64,000 nt of DNA from Azolla caroliniana (Eukaryota > Plantae > Polypodiophyta): contig JBHGNT010000002.1 of assembly GCA_043228905.1 (NCBI GenBank), positions 12,896,001-12,960,000 on the forward strand. The letters run 5' to 3'. Positions 61,350-64,000 of the stretch are shown here, piece by piece (positions within the stretch are counted from its first letter, which is position 1; every line of letters begins with the position of its first letter). The translations under genes were made by a program, and so were the position numbers. Below the pieces are notes generated by a model. That model was not told the DNA's origin. It ran no database searches and was given only the letters and a program-made list of their open reading frames with translations.

Positions 61350-61600
61350 AATCGAGGCATATACCTCTACGCACACGAAACATCCGAAAATAAGGTTAAG
61401 CGTAATTCGCAATTGAGGTATTGACCTCTTACGCATAGTAAATCCAACGCATATCATTTCGAACGAATCGAGGTATTGACCTCGTACGCGAACGTAACAT
61501 ATGTTCGTGAACGTAATACACAATTGAGGTAGTAACCTCGTACGCATACGACACTCATCACATATGATTTATATGTCAAACGAGGTATTGACCTCGTGGA
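61350..61600. repeat. Five regularly spaced GAGGT-N4-ACCTC hairpins in the 5' leader of G
   Basis: Hairpins start at 61354, 61415, 61470, 61526 and 61582 (periods 61, 55, 56, 56), with diverged spacers. Confidence 0.85.
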
Positions 61601-62726
61601 CATATGTAAACGTTTAAGATAACCAATTAAATACCACGTCAACATCATTGAATATATGAAAAAAAAAAACTACATATTAAGTATACACATGTATAGAAGG
61701 GAGAAGAAAAATTAGATAAAAAATTAAGGAAAATTTACCGAAGTTCTTTCGCTAATCCTTGTCTGCATGAAGGCGACCGCACAACGATCAATCGCCATCC
61801 CACGCGAAGACAAAAAGAAAACCAAAAGAAACGTTAGTACATAGGCTCTGATACCAAATATTAGAGATTAGGTACTAAAGTAAGCATAAAATAAGGATAT
61901 ATCAATGATAGATCTAGAAAGAATAGAGAGAAAAGAGAGAAAGAAGGGTGCCGATCCACCCGACCACCCCCGAGCGAAGGGATCGAGATGGACTCGAGCC
62001 TCGATCGGCGTCCCATACCACCGCCTTGGCGTCGAGTCGTACCTGGACGATAGCGCGCTTGCTACAAGAGTCGTTCCACTCACGGACAGAGTCTCGACGT
62101 AGTCAATGCATGCCCAAATGAGGGTAGCTAGGCCTCTTATTTATAGTAATTCTCAAGGCCCCCAGCCATGTTCACACTTGGCCTCATGGGTTGTCTCAAT
62201 CCCGAGGATTAAAAGTAATCCTCCCCTTCTTTAGACTCTTTGTTTAACCCTCACACTTATCCACGTGTATAGAATACTACGACAATTCTCACCACGGGAT
62301 ATTATATGGTCATGCCCGTAACAGAAAACCCTAATAGGGAAAAACCACGGGAGCCCACAGACTCCACCTATCACTATAAGAAGAGGATACCAAGCTAGAC
62401 TTGGAGGCAACAACCTCGAGCTCTATGTCTTCGCCAACCAATGGTTACAACAGAAAACCTTTCTGTATCTCTCTCTCTCTCTCTCTCTCTCACTCTATCT
62501 TTTTACAATAGCAATAATAACATCTCTGATGACCACAACATAAGTGGTTGCCCTAATTCATATTTATACTTATATGACTTTAGGACTATTTACAAATATG
62601 TTCATGATAGGCCCTCTAAAAACATATTTACAGATATGTCCCGGATATCGTCCGATCCGGCTCCTTCCTTCAGCTTGTCCGATCCGGTTCCTCTGGTTCT
62701 CATCCGGAGGGATGAAATTCCCAACA

Positions 62727-64000
62727 CTTTCTCTGTGGCCCTTCAGGCCACAATACCAGATTCTGTTTCGGCCTTTCCTTGCCAGTTTTTTAGGCTTTGC
62801 CGCCTTGACTCCTCCTGCTTCTAGAGGGTTCAGAATTGCTGTCGGCACCATCTTTGGACCTCCGATTTTGCTCATGTTGGCCGTCTGCATTGCACACTGA
62901 TTTGCCCCATCCACCACGACGATGGGACCTCTCTTCCTCCGTGTACAACATCTTGCTATTGGTGTGCGTGCTCGTCAACGCACCCGCGTGGTTCTCCTCA
63001 GTAAGGAGCATTGACTCTAAGTCGAAAAAGGAGGGTGTATTCTCCCTTGTACATATTGCAGTCTGGAATGCTATGAACTTCGACGCTAGGCCCCCAAGAT
63101 AGACGTGCACCATCTCATCTGCCTCGACGGTCTAGTTTATGGAGGTAAGTGAAGCGCAAATGTCTTTGATGTGGGTTGTGTAGGCAGCCACCAAGATGTC
63201 CTTTTGTCGGACATTGCTCAACTCCTGTCGGAGTTGCAATTTCCCGGCCGTGGTGCTTGCGGCAAAGACCTTTTCCAAGTTTCCCCAAGCTTCCTTTGGC
63301 ATCTTGGCATCACGAATATGGCTAAGTAGCTGATCATCGACACTAGACGTGAAGTAGTACATTACCCTGCTTGCCGCTTGCTCCCAAGACAAGAAGTCCT
63401 TGTGTGCCGCATCAGGTGGCATTTCGTTAGCTCCATTCACATAACTCTAGTAGCCATGCCCGAGTAGGTATTGGTGCATCTTGTATGAACAGGATGTATA
63501 GTTGGATTTGTCGAGCTTCTCTATCGAGAGCGAGCTAGTTATTCCTTGGTCCATTCTCTCCTTCCTGTTCTTTACCGGGTGTTATCGTTTGTCTGTGAGC
63601 ATCACTCATTGGTAGTAGAGGATTCTTAACCGTCACGCTTTGATACCATGAAAAAGATAATGTGCGGAAGCTAAGACAAAACCAGATAGTTCGGATGACA
63701 GTAGAACACAGAACGAAGGTTTAATGGAATGCTTGAATACACGAGAGAGACTGAGAGAGCAGAATAGTAAACTGAATTCAAAATAATAACACTGTAAATA
63801 CAAGATGTCCTATAAAAGATTTTTCATACAAGTCTATTGAGCAGAGAACCTCAATTGGATCCGGATCGACTGAATAAGCTAGAACAAGATCGGTATTCGG
63901 AATGAAGAACTAGATAGGTATTCAGAACCAAGAGCCGGATCGAAGAAATGAAACAGATTATAACCGGTAGGTTGGTAGAGGCCTACAACCTTAACTTAGT
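62727..64000 (-). mobile_element. E (5' part): copia gag 62727-63554, iMet PBS 63637-63648, 5' LTR from 63649 running off-window
   Basis: gag MDQGITSSLSIEKLDKSNY...; knuckle WYCGLKGHRE cut at 62727 and continuing at 28249; PBS GCTTTGATACCA on + abuts the LTR. Confidence 0.88.

Larger units (their letters stand above)
55273..62323 (-). mobile_element. G: near-intact chromovirus (Ty3/gypsy) inserted in the H 5' LTR
   Basis: 465-bp LTRs 61859-62323 and 55273-55737 (three transitions seen); TSD GAAAA (55268-55272 and 62324-62328); iMet PBS 61845-61856; PPT 55738-55751; termini TG...TA. Confidence 0.97.
28250..62726 (-). mobile_element. H: degraded copia of the A family, expanded to 34.5 kb by nested insertions. 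3' LTR 28250-28757; RH/RT 28758-~29794; gag 54840-55113; 5' LTR 55152-55272 + 62329-62726
   Basis: PPT complement AACTCCCCC after 28757; PBS GCTCTGATACC at 55137-55147; the LTRs align. Flanks ATTTC (28245-28249) and CTTTC (62727-62731) form a 1-mismatch TSD, and removing H restores E's knuckle (GHRE|SEC). The U3 parts of the two LTRs differ noticeably. Confidence 0.72.

Noticed and set aside
61350-61600. CRISPR array
   Set aside because: Eukaryotic retroelement leader, no cas genes, degenerate repeats, and spacers related to each other as in an old tandem duplication.

Overview
Eukaryotic, plant-type repeat-rich DNA, probably from a non-seed plant such as a bryophyte (inferred from the element families; not provable here). 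No ordinary host gene, rRNA, tRNA or CRISPR locus is supported. Almost the whole window resolves into one nested stack of transposons inside a single old Ty1/copia element (E, minus strand, 5' LTR from 63649). Left nest: E > chromovirus C > copia A > {Sola2-like DNA transposon T1; tRNA-Trp-primed gypsy D > inverted solo LTR; intact young copia B}. Right nest: E > copia H > {chromovirus G; L1 LINE > solo LTR > Sola2-like DNA transposon T2 > gypsy F with a long extra ORF > Mutator-like MITE}. Most junctions are fixed by target-site duplications (TSDs) read directly from the sequence. The most novel-looking feature is the pair of large DNA transposons with GGGT(N)AAAGCA termini. T2 has Sola2-type transposase motifs and a 4-bp TSD. 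T1 carries an intact 5-exon, 574-aa RING-H2-like accessory gene. Each element has kb-scale intronic satellites built on its own palindrome (T1 AGCTAATTAGCT, T2 TAGTACTA) that also sits next to its TIR, a layout reminiscent of the VANDAL/VANC anti-silencing system. All alignments and counts were done by eye.
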